Counted from the first letter of the stretch, positions 1 to 9,399 are shown. The stretch is DNA of 64,000 nucleotides from an uncultured Flavobacteriales bacterium (GCA_959608625.1 CAUHQV010000007.1:589-64588), one strand, 5' to 3'. Made by a program: numbers and translations. Notes: generated by a model not told the origin, from the sequence alone.

Positions 1-457
1 GCACCCACACGAACGGACTGGCCACCCGGGAGAGGAAATCCATCACCGGGGCTATGACCTTCGCCGCCGATTCCGATACGCTCAGCCCGATGCGTTTGGG
101 CACCAGTTCACCGAATATGAGCGTCAGGTAGGTCACTACGATCACGATCACCGTTTTGGCTATCGTCAGGGAGTAAGGTTCCAACGCCTCGATATTCGCG
201 ATCCAAGCGGCCACATAACCGGCCAGCATTTCCCCCGAATAAAGCCCGGTGAGGATGCCTATCAGGGTGATCCCGATCTGGATCGTCGAAAGGAACCGGT
301 CGGGATTTTCCGAAAGTTTCAGGGCCGTGCGGGCCGCTTTACTGCCGTTGTTGGCGTCGAGCTCCAGGCGGGAGCGGCGGGAGGATATAATGGCTATTTC
401 CGACATGGAAAACACGCCGTTCAGTAAAATAAGCCCCAGTATGATGAGAAATTCCAT
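1..457 (-). CDS. HlyC/CorC (CNNM, DUF21) family membrane transporter, N-terminal part; the gene runs off the window start
   Basis: The minus-strand frame is open to position 1 with ATG at 457-455. My translation is MEFLIILGLILLNGVFSMSEIAIISSRRSRLE...TYLTLIFGELVPKRIG, the typical DUF21 transmembrane domain. It is missing from the ORF track because it is truncated. Confidence 0.75.
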   Translation of the reverse strand, partial: MEFLIILGLILLNGVFSMSEIAIISSRRSRLELDANNGSKAARTALKLSENPDRFLSTIQIGITLIGILTGLYSGEMLAGYVAAWIANIEALEPYSLTIAKTVIVIVVTYLTLIFGELVPKRIGLSVSESAAKVIAPVMDFLSRVASPFVWV

Positions 458-501
458 AGATGTTTTTCCGTTATTCTATCTTCGTTAAACCCATTTACAA
501 A

Positions 502-996
502 TTACAAATCGGCCTTTTCCACCGACAGGTTTGCGTACGATTCGATGCTCTCAGGCACGAAGCGGAGCATCGCAAAATCCTCCGATCCGACCCCGTCCGG
601 ATAGTATTCCTCCCAGCCGGGCCCCCAAGCCTGCTTTTTGAACCCCGCATCGGTCACGACCTCTATTTTTCCGCGCAGACAGACCCCCCGGTAATGCGCC
701 CCGTCGAAGTAATACAGGCTGGCCTTCGGGCAGGAAAGTATCTCGGCCGTCTTGTCCGACGAGGTGTTGGTCGTCAGGTAGATCGCCTGCGGGTTTCCGT
801 CCGCCCGGTACAGGGCCTGCAAATGCGGGTAGAGTCTTTCGTTGCGCAGGTTGAGCATCGCCCGGGTATGGGGATAACCCCGGGAATCTATTGTGGACAG
901 CACGACAAATTCGCTGGTGAAGACTATTTGCGGCAGCCGCCGTGTATCGGTTTCCATATATTTACATAATATAAGATGCGCCTCGGCCTTTTTCAA
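502..996 (-). CDS. Pyridoxamine 5'-phosphate oxidase-like (general stress protein 26-type) FMN-binding protein
   Basis: 164-aa ORF with a split-barrel PNPOx-like pattern (VLSTIDSRGYPHTRAM...ASLYYFDG...GVCLRGKIEVVTD). An alternative start at Met14 (957) is possible. Confidence 0.6.
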   Translation of the reverse strand: MKKAEAHLILCKYMETDTRRLPQIVFTSEFVVLSTIDSRGYPHTRAMLNLRNERLYPHLQALYRADGNPQAIYLTTNTSSDKTAEILSCPKASLYYFDGAHYRGVCLRGKIEVVTDAGFKKQAWGPGWEEYYPDGVGSEDFAMLRFVPESIESYANLSVEKADL

Positions 997-1046
997 ACAA
1001 GTTTGAACGGCGCTCGGCTTTCGCTATATTTGTTAGTCAGGTCAAA

Positions 1047-1054
1047 CAAATTTA
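1047..1054 (-). promoter_or_regulatory. Candidate Bacteroidota -7 box (TAAATTTG on the minus strand) for the PNPOx-like gene
   Basis: Matches TAnnTTTG, about 50 nt upstream of ATG 996. Confidence 0.35.
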
Positions 1055-1139
1055 AGCAAATATCCTCTCCGTTAAATAGGACGGCGGCGTTTTTCACTTT
1101 TATTTAATATTGGCCTCCCGTTTTGTCGGAAAATAAGAG

Positions 1140-1147
1140 TAACTTTG
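1140..1147 (+). promoter_or_regulatory. Candidate Bacteroidota -7 box (TAACTTTG) for rpiB-rnr-tadA
   Basis: TAnnTTTG lies 35 nt upstream of ATG 1182, with an upstream TTTG at 1122-1125. A second match, TATATTTG, is at 1025-1032. Confidence 0.5.
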
Positions 1148-1181
1148 TAAACTCCAAAGAAGTATTTAAACCCGTAAAGCC

Positions 1182-1616
1182 ATGAAAATAGCACTCGGAA
1201 GCGACCACGCCGGCGTGGAATACAAAAAAGCGATCGTCGAACACCTGAAAACCAAAGGCATCGAAACCCTGGACTTCGGGCCCTTTACCGAAGAACCTGT
1301 GGACTACCCGGATTACGTGCATCCGGTAGCCGAGGCCGTGGAAAAAGGAGAAGCCGACCTGGGCATCACCCTGTGCGGCTCCGGGAACGGAGCGGCCATG
1401 ACCGCCAACAAACACCAGGGTATCCGTGCAGCGCTTTGCTGGACGCCGGAACTGGCCAGCCTGGCCCGGCACCACAACAATGCCAATGTGCTCGACCTTC
1501 CCGCCCGTTTCGTCAGCCTGTACCAGGCCCTTGAAATGGTAGACGTTTTCCTGGCCGAATCGTTCGACGGCGGACGCCACCAAAAAAGAATAGAAAAAAT
1601 CCCCGTGAAAAAATAA
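1182..1616 (+). CDS. rpiB: Ribose-5-phosphate isomerase B
   Basis: 144 aa. MKIALGSDHAG...LCGSGNGAAMTANK...NNANVL is the RpiB/LacA/LacB family signature. Confidence 0.9.
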   Translation: MKIALGSDHAGVEYKKAIVEHLKTKGIETLDFGPFTEEPVDYPDYVHPVAEAVEKGEADLGITLCGSGNGAAMTANKHQGIRAALCWTPELASLARHHNNANVLDLPARFVSLYQALEMVDVFLAESFDGGRHQKRIEKIPVKK

Positions 1617-1646
1617 TCCGGGGGCTGAGAATCCAACACACATCCG

Positions 1647-3923
1647 ATGAAGAGGAAGAAAAACGAAAGCAGGAAAAACCTGCAGAAAGGTGAGAAGAAA
1701 AAATTGACAGGAGCTCCCCACGGAGCCCGAAACGAACGCCGCCGCGAACAGCGTTCCGCTTCCGGCGACGACCACAATACCCTGAGTGAATTTGAAATAT
1801 CGGTACTGGGCGTATTTCACAAAAACCCTACGGCCGTTTACAACCCGAAACAGGTAAATTCCCGCCTGAACGAAGGCAAAGACGACGATACCTCCCGCGT
1901 ACAGGTTGCCCTGGACAAACTGGTGGAACGGGAGCAACTCCTGCAACCCGAACCGGGCCGTTACAAAGCCGCCCCCCAATCGCAGTACATCGTGGGCAAA
2001 ATGGACTTCACCTCCTCGGGGGCAGCCTACCTCGTACCCGAAGACAAGGAAAAATACGTCGACGACATTTACATCCCCGCTACCGCCACCGGCAAAAGCC
2101 TGCACGGCGACAAAGTACGGGTATATGTATTCCGCCGCAAACAGGGGCGTCGCCCCGAAGGCGAAGTGGTGGAGATCATCTCCCGTGCCAAAAACCAATT
2201 CGTGGGACGCTTGGAACTGTCGCAGCATTTCGGGTTCGTCATCCCGGACAACAACCGCATTGCCATCAACTTCTACATCCCCAAAGACGGACTGGGAGAG
2301 GCCAAAGACGGCGACAAGGTCGTGGTGGAGATCGCCGAATGGCCGGACAAAGTACACAATCCCGTCGGCCGTATCCTGGACGTATTGGGACGCCCCGGCG
2401 AACACGAAGTGGAGATACATTCCATCCTGGCCGAATATGGCCTGCCCTACCATTTCCCCGAAGAAATAGAAGAAGAAGCGTCCAAACTCCCGATAGAGAT
2501 CACCGAGGAAGAAATCGGCCGCCGGCGCGATATGCGTACCGCCACCACATTTACGATAGACCCTGCGGACGCCAAAGACTTCGACGACGCCCTGTCCATC
2601 GACCGCCTGGAGAACGGCAATTACCAGATCGGCATCCATATCGCCGACGTGTCGCATTACGTAAAAGAAGGCACCGACCTGGACGGGGAAGCCTACGACC
2701 GGGGCACTTCGGTATACCTGGTGGACCGCGTGGTTCCCATGCTCCCGGAGATCCTGAGCAACAACGTCTGCTCCCTGCGACCGGACGAGGAAAAACTCAC
2801 TTTCTCGGCCGTATTCGAAATGGACGAAGATGCCCACGTAAAGAACGAATGGTTCGGCCGCACCGTCATCCTGTCCAACCGCCGTTTCACGTATGAGGAG
2901 GCCCAGGCCGTAATCGAAGGCGGGGACGACCCGTTGAAAGACGAGATACTCACCCTCGACCGCCTGGCCAAGAAAATGCGTGAACGCCGCATAGTTGCCG
3001 GCGCTATTTCCTTCGACAAGGAAGAGGTGAAATTCATCCTCGACAAGGACAACGAACCCACCGGCGTATTCTTCAAAATCGCCAAGGATTCCAACAAACT
3101 GATCGAGGAATTCATGCTGCTGGCCAACCGGAAAGTAGCGGCTTACGTAGGAAGCGAACTCCGCAAAGACCCCGTATACAAGGGCATCGCCCCCACGTTC
3201 GTCTACCGCGTACACGACGACCCGAACCCGGAAAAGCTGGCCGCCTTGGCCGGAATGGCCTCAAAATTCGGGTATAAAGTCGTGACCAAAGACCGGCAAA
3301 CCATCGCCCGTTCGCTCAACCGGATGCTCACCGACAGCCTCGGACGCCGGGAGGAGAACATGCTCTCCACCCTGGCTATGCGTTCGATGGCCAAAGCCGA
3401 ATACTCGACGGACAATATCGGGCACTACGGGCTGGCGTTCGATTTCTATACGCACTTCACCTCTCCTATCCGCCGCTATCCGGACGTGATGGTACACCGC
3501 CTGCTTCAGTATTACCTGGACAAAGGCAAGAGCGCCGATAAAGAAAAATACGAGGAACACTGCAAATACTCCTCCGCCCGGGAACGCGTAGCCGCCGATG
3601 CCGAACGCGACTCCGTGAAATACATGCAGGTCAAATACATGGCCAAACATGTGGACAAGGAATACAAAGGCGTCATTTCGGGCGTGACCGAATGGGGCAT
3701 CTATGTGGAGATCATCGAGAACAAATGCGAAGGAATGGTACGCCTGCGGGACATCCGGGACGATTACTATTCGTTCGACGCCAAAAATTTCGCCGCGGTG
3801 GGCGAAAACAGCCACAACGTGCTCCAGCTGGGCGACGAGGTGATCGTCAAGGTCAAAAATGCCGATCTCGAACGCAAACAGCTCGATTTCGAGTTCATCC
3901 GCGTAGCCGAACAAGGCGACTGA
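1647..3923 (+). CDS. rnr: Ribonuclease R (3'-5' exoribonuclease, VacB)
   Basis: 758 aa. It has a basic N-terminus, cold-shock-like OB region, RNB core (TIDPADAKDFDDALS, HYGLAFDFYTHFTSPIRRYPD) and a C-terminal S1 domain (GVISGVTEWGIYVEI). Confidence 0.93.
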   Translation: MKRKKNESRKNLQKGEKKKLTGAPHGARNERRREQRSASGDDHNTLSEFEISVLGVFHKNPTAVYNPKQVNSRLNEGKDDDTSRVQVALDKLVEREQLLQPEPGRYKAAPQSQYIVGKMDFTSSGAAYLVPEDKEKYVDDIYIPATATGKSLHGDKVRVYVFRRKQGRRPEGEVVEIISRAKNQFVGRLELSQHFGFVIPDNNRIAINFYIPKDGLGEAKDGDKVVVEIAEWPDKVHNPVGRILDVLGRPGEHEVEIHSILAEYGLPYHFPEEIEEEASKLPIEITEEEIGRRRDMRTATTFTIDPADAKDFDDALSIDRLENGNYQIGIHIADVSHYVKEGTDLDGEAYDRGTSVYLVDRVVPMLPEILSNNVCSLRPDEEKLTFSAVFEMDEDAHVKNEWFGRTVILSNRRFTYEEAQAVIEGGDDPLKDEILTLDRLAKKMRERRIVAGAISFDKEEVKFILDKDNEPTGVFFKIAKDSNKLIEEFMLLANRKVAAYVGSELRKDPVYKGIAPTFVYRVHDDPNPEKLAALAGMASKFGYKVVTKDRQTIARSLNRMLTDSLGRREENMLSTLAMRSMAKAEYSTDNIGHYGLAFDFYTHFTSPIRRYPDVMVHRLLQYYLDKGKSADKEKYEEHCKYSSARERVAADAERDSVKYMQVKYMAKHVDKEYKGVISGVTEWGIYVEIIENKCEGMVRLRDIRDDYYSFDAKNFAAVGENSHNVLQLGDEVIVKVKNADLERKQLDFEFIRVAEQGD

Positions 3924-3932
3924 GAAAACCCG

Positions 3933-4373
3933 ATGGAACCGTACGGCAGCGACGAATATTTCATGCTCCGAGCTTTGGACGAAGCATCGGAGGCCCTGAA
4001 AGCCGGGGAAATCCCCGTGGGTGCCGTCGTTACAGCCGGAGGGCGCATCATCGGCCGGGGGCACAACCTCACGGAAACGCTCTGCGACGTGACGGCCCAC
4101 GCCGAAATGCAAGCCGTTACCGCAGCTTCCCAATACCTGGGGGGAAAATATTTACAGGACTGCACCCTGTATGTCACTCTCGAACCGTGCCAAATGTGCG
4201 CCGGAGCCCTATACTGGGCCCAGATAGGCCGGTTGGTATTCGGAACGGACGATCCCCGCAGAGGGTACCGGGTCATGGGTGCCCGACTGCACCCGAAAAC
4301 GGAAGTCGTTTCCGGGCTACTGGCCGGGCACAGCAAAGAGATGCTGGACAGTTTTTTCAAAAACCTGAGGTAA
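3933..4373 (+). CDS. tadA: tRNA-specific adenosine deaminase
   Basis: 146 aa with cytidine/deoxycytidylate deaminase zinc motifs HAEMQA and PCQMCAGAL. Confidence 0.9.
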   Translation: MEPYGSDEYFMLRALDEASEALKAGEIPVGAVVTAGGRIIGRGHNLTETLCDVTAHAEMQAVTAASQYLGGKYLQDCTLYVTLEPCQMCAGALYWAQIGRLVFGTDDPRRGYRVMGARLHPKTEVVSGLLAGHSKEMLDSFFKNLR

Positions 4374-4390
4374 ATAAATTATCTCCTATA

Positions 4391-4419
4391 AAAAAGCCGG
4401 GAATATTCCCGGCTTTTTT
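4391..4419 (+). terminator. Rho-independent terminator after tadA
   Basis: AGCCGGG-aatatt-CCCGGCT hairpin followed by TTTTT. Confidence 0.85.
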
Positions 4420-4639
4420 CGCATAATACCTTTTGTGTTTCTTTTTACCCAAACCGATTATATTCTAAAAGTCCTGCTCCTTCTAAATCCGGCAAAGCAA
4501 CAGATTATTTCTCAACCCGGGTACTGGCGATTTTCGAACATTTATTGTTCTATTTGGTCTTAAATTTACGAAATCCGAAACATTGAAATCATTTTATTGT
4601 CTAATTATTCTTAATATCCTACAATTAACAATAATAACA

Positions 4640-4647
4640 TATATTTG
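4640..4647 (+). promoter_or_regulatory. Candidate -7 box (TATATTTG) for the first OM beta-barrel gene
   Basis: TAnnTTTG match in the AT-rich 380-bp intergenic region, 108 nt upstream of ATG 4755. Confidence 0.3.
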
Positions 4648-4754
4648 TTTCATCGACAAAATGCCATCGCCCGCGGATGGATATCGGCAGGCATTACAAA
4701 TCAGTTCCTAACCATTTTTCACAATAATTATTAACCATTAATCCTAACACTAAA

Positions 4755-5291
4755 ATGAAAAAATATCTGATCCTTTCCCTCTGCCTGCTGCTCTCTTCGG
4801 CAGCGTTCGCCCAATCGGTAAAATACCAGGGCGAAGTACAGGTCGGCTACGGATTCGGCGTAGGCGACATTAGCATCGACCGGGTAAGTGCGCACATGAT
4901 CAACGGTGCCCGGTTCAACCAATACCTTTCGGCCGGTGTCGGAGTCGGGCTGGACTATTATTTTGACGATGGCGAATCGTACCTTTCGCTCCCCATCTAT
5001 GCGAATGTAAAAGGATATCTCCCTATTTCGGGTATGGTGAGCTTGTTCGCCTCGCTCGACTGCGGTTATTCGGTCAGCCTGTCCGGAGAGGAACAAGGCG
5101 GTTGGAAAGCCGATATGAAAGGCTTCCTGATCACGCCTGCCGTAGGTGCGAGCATCAAGATCGCCGACAGCAAAGCCCTCAACCTGAGCATGGCTTATAT
5201 GAGTCAGAAACTCGCTTACGGCCGTTCGGGAGGCAGCACAACCAAAGACAACGGGAATGCGATCGGCTTGAGAGTGGGTTACGCCTTCTAA
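4755..5291 (+). CDS. Small outer-membrane beta-barrel protein (OmpW/OmpA-barrel-like porin family), paralogue 1
   Basis: 178 aa. It has a signal peptide (MKKYLILSLCLLLSSAAFAQ), alternating beta-strand pattern and a C-terminal aromatic end (LRVGYAF). Confidence 0.75.
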   Translation: MKKYLILSLCLLLSSAAFAQSVKYQGEVQVGYGFGVGDISIDRVSAHMINGARFNQYLSAGVGVGLDYYFDDGESYLSLPIYANVKGYLPISGMVSLFASLDCGYSVSLSGEEQGGWKADMKGFLITPAVGASIKIADSKALNLSMAYMSQKLAYGRSGGSTTKDNGNAIGLRVGYAF

Positions 5292-5311
5292 AGCACTGTG
5301 TTTCCACACTG

Positions 5312-5350
5312 AACAGCCTCGCCTTTTTCTGCCGGGGCTGTTCTTTTTTC
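5312..5350 (+). terminator. Rho-independent terminator after OM barrel paralogue 1
   Basis: A 10-bp stem (5312-5321 pairs with 5333-5342, one G-U) followed by CTTTTTT. Confidence 0.6.
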
Positions 5351-5411
5351 CTCTCTTTTCCGATAGGTTAATTTTTTTTCGCATAACGCTTGCGTTAAAG
5401 GGAATTATTAA

Positions 5412-5419
5412 TATTTTTG
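5412..5419 (+). promoter_or_regulatory. Candidate -7 box (TATTTTTG) for OM barrel paralogue 2
   Basis: TAnnTTTG match 59 nt upstream of ATG 5478. Confidence 0.4.
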
Positions 5420-5477
5420 ACCGAATTATCGACTAGGAAACACATATAATATCTAACAACACTTTAAAAAAGTAAAA

Positions 5478-6053
5478 ATGAAAAAGCACATTCTTTTTTT
5501 CGCATTCGCATTGCTCTCCACAGCCGCATTCGCACAAAGTCAAACGATCCGTTACCAGGGTGAGGTGCAGGCGGGATACGCTTTCGGCATAGGCGACAAC
5601 GCAGCCGACCGCCTGAGCATCCACATGATCAACGGAATACGTTTCAATCCGTACCTCTCGGCAGGTATTGGCGTAGGGCTGGATTTTTACGACGTCGAAG
5701 GTACCTCCTTCCTGTCGATGCCTTTGTTCCTCAATGTGAAAGGATACCTCCCTGTTTCGCAGAAAGTAAGCCTTTTTGCTTCCTTCGACCTGGGGTACTC
5801 GGTAGCTCTGAAAAGCGAAAAAGGATCCGGGTGGCTGGACAACACTTCTTTTGATGCCAAACTAGGTATGAAGGGCTTTATGGTCACTCCGGCTGTAGGC
5901 GCAAGTTTCAAAGTAGCTGAGAACAAAGCGATCAACCTAAGCCTGGGATACGACATCAAAACAGCCACCGCGGACGTAACAGTACAGGGACACAAGGGCA
6001 GTGGAACCACGAAATGCAATGCCATCGGCCTGAAGCTAGGTTACGCTTTCTAA
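5478..6053 (+). CDS. Small outer-membrane beta-barrel protein, paralogue 2
   Basis: 191 aa. By-eye alignment to 4755..5291 shows many shared blocks (YQGEVQ.GY.FG.GD, HMING.RFN.YLSAG.GVGLD, NVKGYLP, VSLFAS, TPAVGAS, AIGL..GYAF). Confidence 0.75.
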   Translation: MKKHILFFAFALLSTAAFAQSQTIRYQGEVQAGYAFGIGDNAADRLSIHMINGIRFNPYLSAGIGVGLDFYDVEGTSFLSMPLFLNVKGYLPVSQKVSLFASFDLGYSVALKSEKGSGWLDNTSFDAKLGMKGFMVTPAVGASFKVAENKAINLSLGYDIKTATADVTVQGHKGSGTTKCNAIGLKLGYAF

Positions 6054-6072
6054 ATTTTTTCCTAACCGGTAT

Positions 6073-6108
6073 AAAGACGGCCACCCTTCGGGTGGCCGTC
6101 TTTATTTT
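6073..6108. terminator. Bidirectional terminator shared by convergent genes 5478..6053 (+) and 6123..6503 (-)
   Basis: AAAGACGGCCACCC-ttcg-GGGTGGCCGTCTTT hairpin flanked by an A-tract and a T-tract. Confidence 0.85.
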
Positions 6109-6122
6109 ACTTTGGCGGGATA

Positions 6123-6503
6123 TTAATTCGAACGGCCGCCCTGTACAATGTGTATGCCGCATTCATACCGCCCGCTACCGGTGTGAACCTCCAGGTGGAA
6201 CGACGTTTCGCGGGCTATATTGTACGGATTGGCCTGAATGTTCAGGCACAGCATGCCATCCGCGCCCGAATGTTGATCGATGTTCACCCAATAGGGCGCG
6301 CCACCCATCATTACATAGTCCCCAGGGATCCAAGGAATACCCGTATTCAGAGAGGCATTTCCCCATGAGATTTCGTAATCCAATTGGATAACCTCATCGT
6401 CCCCACCGCCCCGGGTCTGAGGAGCAGTGAACGAACTGAATACGAACAAAACCGCCACAGCGCACAACAGCGATGCCAGCGGACGAATTAAACGTTGTTT
6501 CAT
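6123..6503 (-). CDS. Hypothetical small secreted protein
   Basis: 126 aa with an N-terminal signal/anchor (MKQRLIRPLASLLCAVAVLFVFSSF). The C-terminal pattern (R.TSFHLEV....G.YECGIHIVQ) only faintly recalls BACON/Ig-like ends. No family assignment is possible by eye. Confidence 0.5.
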   Translation of the reverse strand: MKQRLIRPLASLLCAVAVLFVFSSFTAPQTRGGGDDEVIQLDYEISWGNASLNTGIPWIPGDYVMMGGAPYWVNIDQHSGADGMLCLNIQANPYNIARETSFHLEVHTGSGRYECGIHIVQGGRSN

Positions 6504-6771
6504 ACGGTGAATAGTTTAGGTTATTGATAATGAAATACCTGCGCCTGCAGGTTTCCCAAACATAGAAAAAACCTGGAAAATAACAAACTTTATATTCCAA
6601 AAGGAAATATTTTTTGCCGAAAACGAGTATTTTTAAGATAAATAATATCTTTTAGCTAAGAGTTGCAAAAAAACATTGCTATTATGGCTCCCTAAATATC
6701 CATAAAATTATATATATGCCTGCTCCATAAACTGCGGATAGGCGTTCTGCCTTTGGGGAGAAAACACAAAT

Positions 6772-6800
6772 GCCCGGCATGAAAGCCGGGATTTTTATTT
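6772..6800. terminator. Hairpin terminator downstream of the TlpA-like gene
   Basis: CCCGGC-atgaaa-GCCGGG, flanked by T-rich sequence on the plus strand and by CATTTGTGTTTT on the minus strand. Confidence 0.5.
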
Positions 6801-6801
6801 T

Positions 6802-7608
6802 TCATTTCATAACCGATTCAAACCCTTCGGGATTCAGTCCTACCGATTTGAGCAGCAACCGGCCATCGCGGCCGATAAAAAAACAAGTGGGTGTCGCCTG
6901 GGCTTGATACCGGATCTTTACGGGCGTCACATCCCCTTTGAAATCGGACACCTGCGAAAAATCCGAAGGGTATTCCTTTGCCAAAGCCGTCAATTCGTCC
7001 TGTCCGGCCGCCGGCCAGAACACCACGATCTCCAGGTTTTCCCGCGAAGTCCTGCCGTACAACTCGTTGAGATATTCCCGGCCCGACGGGCCCATACACC
7101 CCAAACCGCCGTAAAGCAGCAGTACCTGTTTCCCTTTCCATTGCGAAAGCCGGAAAGGCCGTCCCTGAGCATCCATTGCCCGGAAATCATAGGCCTTATC
7201 CCCCTGCTCCACTTTCGGGCATGAAAGATGCATGGCGATAGCCCGTCCGTACTCGCTTTTTCGCATCTGTTTTGGGATGCGTTTCAACACAGCCTTCAAC
7301 GTATCCTCAGGAATGGTAAGACGATTCCAAAAACACATCTGCAGCCCGGACGGCACGGATGCGTACCGCAGGGCCAGCTCCAGGTTTAGTTCCGTAAATT
7401 CATCCACCAGCTTTTTATATTCACAGACAAGACTGTCCCGTTTTGCGGTATATTTTTTCATGGGAATAAACTTCTGCAGCGTATCGGCGCGAAGGGAGAA
7501 CTTTTCTTCCATCGCTTTAAATTCCTTCCGGTAGTTCTCTTCCGTGACCGGTTGGGCCCACGCGTGGTTGACAACCAGCAAGAATACTGCAAAAAAAAGA
7601 TTTTTCAT
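6802..7608 (-). CDS. Thioredoxin-fold TlpA/AhpC-TSA-like periplasmic protein with a degenerate active site
   Basis: 268 aa. It has a signal peptide (MKNLFFAVFLLVVNHAWAQ) and a redoxin-like C-terminal half (FRLSQWKGKQVLLLYGGLGCMGPSGREYL...ATPTCFFIGRDGRL). CMGPS sits where WCGPC is expected. Confidence 0.65.
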   Translation of the reverse strand: MKNLFFAVFLLVVNHAWAQPVTEENYRKEFKAMEEKFSLRADTLQKFIPMKKYTAKRDSLVCEYKKLVDEFTELNLELALRYASVPSGLQMCFWNRLTIPEDTLKAVLKRIPKQMRKSEYGRAIAMHLSCPKVEQGDKAYDFRAMDAQGRPFRLSQWKGKQVLLLYGGLGCMGPSGREYLNELYGRTSRENLEIVVFWPAAGQDELTALAKEYPSDFSQVSDFKGDVTPVKIRYQAQATPTCFFIGRDGRLLLKSVGLNPEGFESVMK

Positions 7609-7662
7609 GATTGAAGCGTTTCTAAAGATTACCGGGATAAAAGTACTAAAAATACAGGCGCG

Positions 7663-7694
7663 AAATAAAAAACGGGGGGCGAAATCGCTCCCCG
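7663..7694 (-). terminator. Rho-independent terminator after fumarate hydratase
   Basis: A 9-bp GC-rich stem (7673-7681 pairs with 7686-7694), followed on the minus strand by UUUUUUAUUU. Confidence 0.8.
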
Positions 7695-7722
7695 TCTTCT
7701 CCTATTTTATAAAACTACCAAC

Positions 7723-9351
7723 TCAGCGGTGGCTGCAAACGCCGCCGCAGAGTTGTTCAAAAAAATCGTTCCCTTTGTCGTCGCAGATGATAAAGGCCGG
7801 GAAGTTCTCCACCCGGATCTTGCGCACAGCCTCCATGCCCAGCTCTTCAAAATCGACCACTTCGACCGACTTGATGTTCTCGGCTGCCAGGATAGCCGCC
7901 GGGCCTCCTATCGAGCCGAGATAGAAGCCGCCGTTGGCTTTGCAGGCATCCCGTACGATCGGAGAACGGTTACCCTTGGCCAGCATGATCATTGAACCGC
8001 CGTGCTTCTGGAATTCGTCCACATACGGATCCATACGTCCGGCCGTAGTTGGGCCGAAGCTTCCGGAAGGCATGCCGGCCGGCGTCTTAGCCGGGCCTGC
8101 GTAATATACCGGGTGGTTCTTGAAGTATTCCGGCATGGGCTTGCCCTGGTCGAGCATTTCTTTGATGCGGGCATGAGCGATGTCGCGCGCTACGATGAGC
8201 GTACCGTTCAAGCTCAGGCGGGTCTTGATCGGGTACTTGGACAGTTCGGCCAGCACTTCTTTCATCGGACGGTCCAGGTCGATCTGTACGGCCGGAGCGA
8301 GTTCCGGTTCTTTGCCCGGGAGGTATTTTTCAGGGTGCTTTTCGAGCTGTTCCACAAATATGCCTTCCGCAGTGATCTTAGCCTTGATATTCCGGTCGGC
8401 CGAGCAACTTACGCCGATCCCCACCGGACATGAGGCAGCATGGCGCGGCATACGGATCACCCGCACATCGTGCACATAGTACTTGCCGCCGAACTGGGCG
8501 CCAAGTCCATATTCCTGGCATATCTTGAGCGCTTTGGCTTCCCATTCGAGGTCGCGGAACGCCTGACCGCCGTCGTTACCGTGGGTAGGCAGCGAATCCA
8601 GGTATCCGGTCGAGGCTTCCTTGACGGTCTTCAGGTTGGCTTCGGCCGAAGTGCCGCCGATCACGATCGCCAAGTGGTACGGAGGGCAGGCCGCCGTGCC
8701 GAGGGTCGCGATCTTTTCGCGCAGGAATTTCTCGAGGGCCGCATCGGTAAGCAGCGCCTTGGTCTGCTGGAACAGGAACGTCTTATTGGCCGAACCGCCG
8801 CCTTTAGTGATAAACAGGAAGTCGTAATGATCACCCGGTTTGGAATAAACATCTATCTGGGCCGGCAGGTTGGTTCCGGTATTCTTTTCCTCCAGCATCG
8901 TGTAGGGAACCACCTGGGAATAACGCAGGTTACGGTCTTTATACGTGTCGTATATCCCGTGGGACAGCCACTGGGCGTCGTCCACCCCGGTATATACATC
9001 TTCTCCTTTCTTCGCCATCACAATGGCCGTACCGGTATCTTGGCAGGTAGGAAGTTCCCCCTGGGCAGACACCACCTGGTTGCGTAGCATGGTGTAGGCC
9101 ACGAACTTATCGTTGTCCGATGCTTCGGGATCGTCCAGGATGGCGGCCAGCTTTTTCAGGTGCGAGGCGCGCAGGTAGAACGATACGTCGGCGATGGCTT
9201 CACGGGCAAGTGCGCGGAGGCCTTCGGGCTCCACTTTCAGGATTTTACGTCCGCAGCATTCTTCTACCGATACATAATCTTTTGTGACGAGGCGGTACTC
9301 GGTGGTATCCTCGCCAAGCGGCTTTGGTGTTTGGTACTTAAATTCAGCCAT
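7723..9351 (-). CDS. Class I (Fe-S, oxygen-sensitive) fumarate hydratase
   Basis: 542 aa, a single-chain FumA/FumB type ([21 protein letters not shown]...[14 protein letters not shown]...GGGSANK...[19 protein letters not shown]). Confidence 0.92.
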   Translation of the reverse strand: MAEFKYQTPKPLGEDTTEYRLVTKDYVSVEECCGRKILKVEPEGLRALAREAIADVSFYLRASHLKKLAAILDDPEASDNDKFVAYTMLRNQVVSAQGELPTCQDTGTAIVMAKKGEDVYTGVDDAQWLSHGIYDTYKDRNLRYSQVVPYTMLEEKNTGTNLPAQIDVYSKPGDHYDFLFITKGGGSANKTFLFQQTKALLTDAALEKFLREKIATLGTAACPPYHLAIVIGGTSAEANLKTVKEASTGYLDSLPTHGNDGGQAFRDLEWEAKALKICQEYGLGAQFGGKYYVHDVRVIRMPRHAASCPVGIGVSCSADRNIKAKITAEGIFVEQLEKHPEKYLPGKEPELAPAVQIDLDRPMKEVLAELSKYPIKTRLSLNGTLIVARDIAHARIKEMLDQGKPMPEYFKNHPVYYAGPAKTPAGMPSGSFGPTTAGRMDPYVDEFQKHGGSMIMLAKGNRSPIVRDACKANGGFYLGSIGGPAAILAAENIKSVEVVDFEELGMEAVRKIRVENFPAFIICDDKGNDFFEQLCGGVCSHR

Positions 9352-9399
9352 TTGTTCTTTTCAATTGTTGTATATTCTCTGATAAATGAATTATTTCCC

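Noticed and set aside
1104-3215. 703-aa ORF on the minus strand antisense to rnr.
   Set aside because: It lies entirely opposite a gene with unmistakable RNase R motifs. Its translation is Gly/Val/Phe/Ala-rich and has no motif. This is a typical stop-depleted shadow frame in GC-rich coding DNA.
4374-4754. Possible invertible (phase-variable) promoter upstream of the first OM barrel gene, as seen for Bacteroides surface structures.
   Set aside because: I found no flanking inverted repeats of useful length. The only ones are a 5-bp GAACA/TGTTC pair and the local 4671-4704 hairpin. No recombinase gene is nearby.
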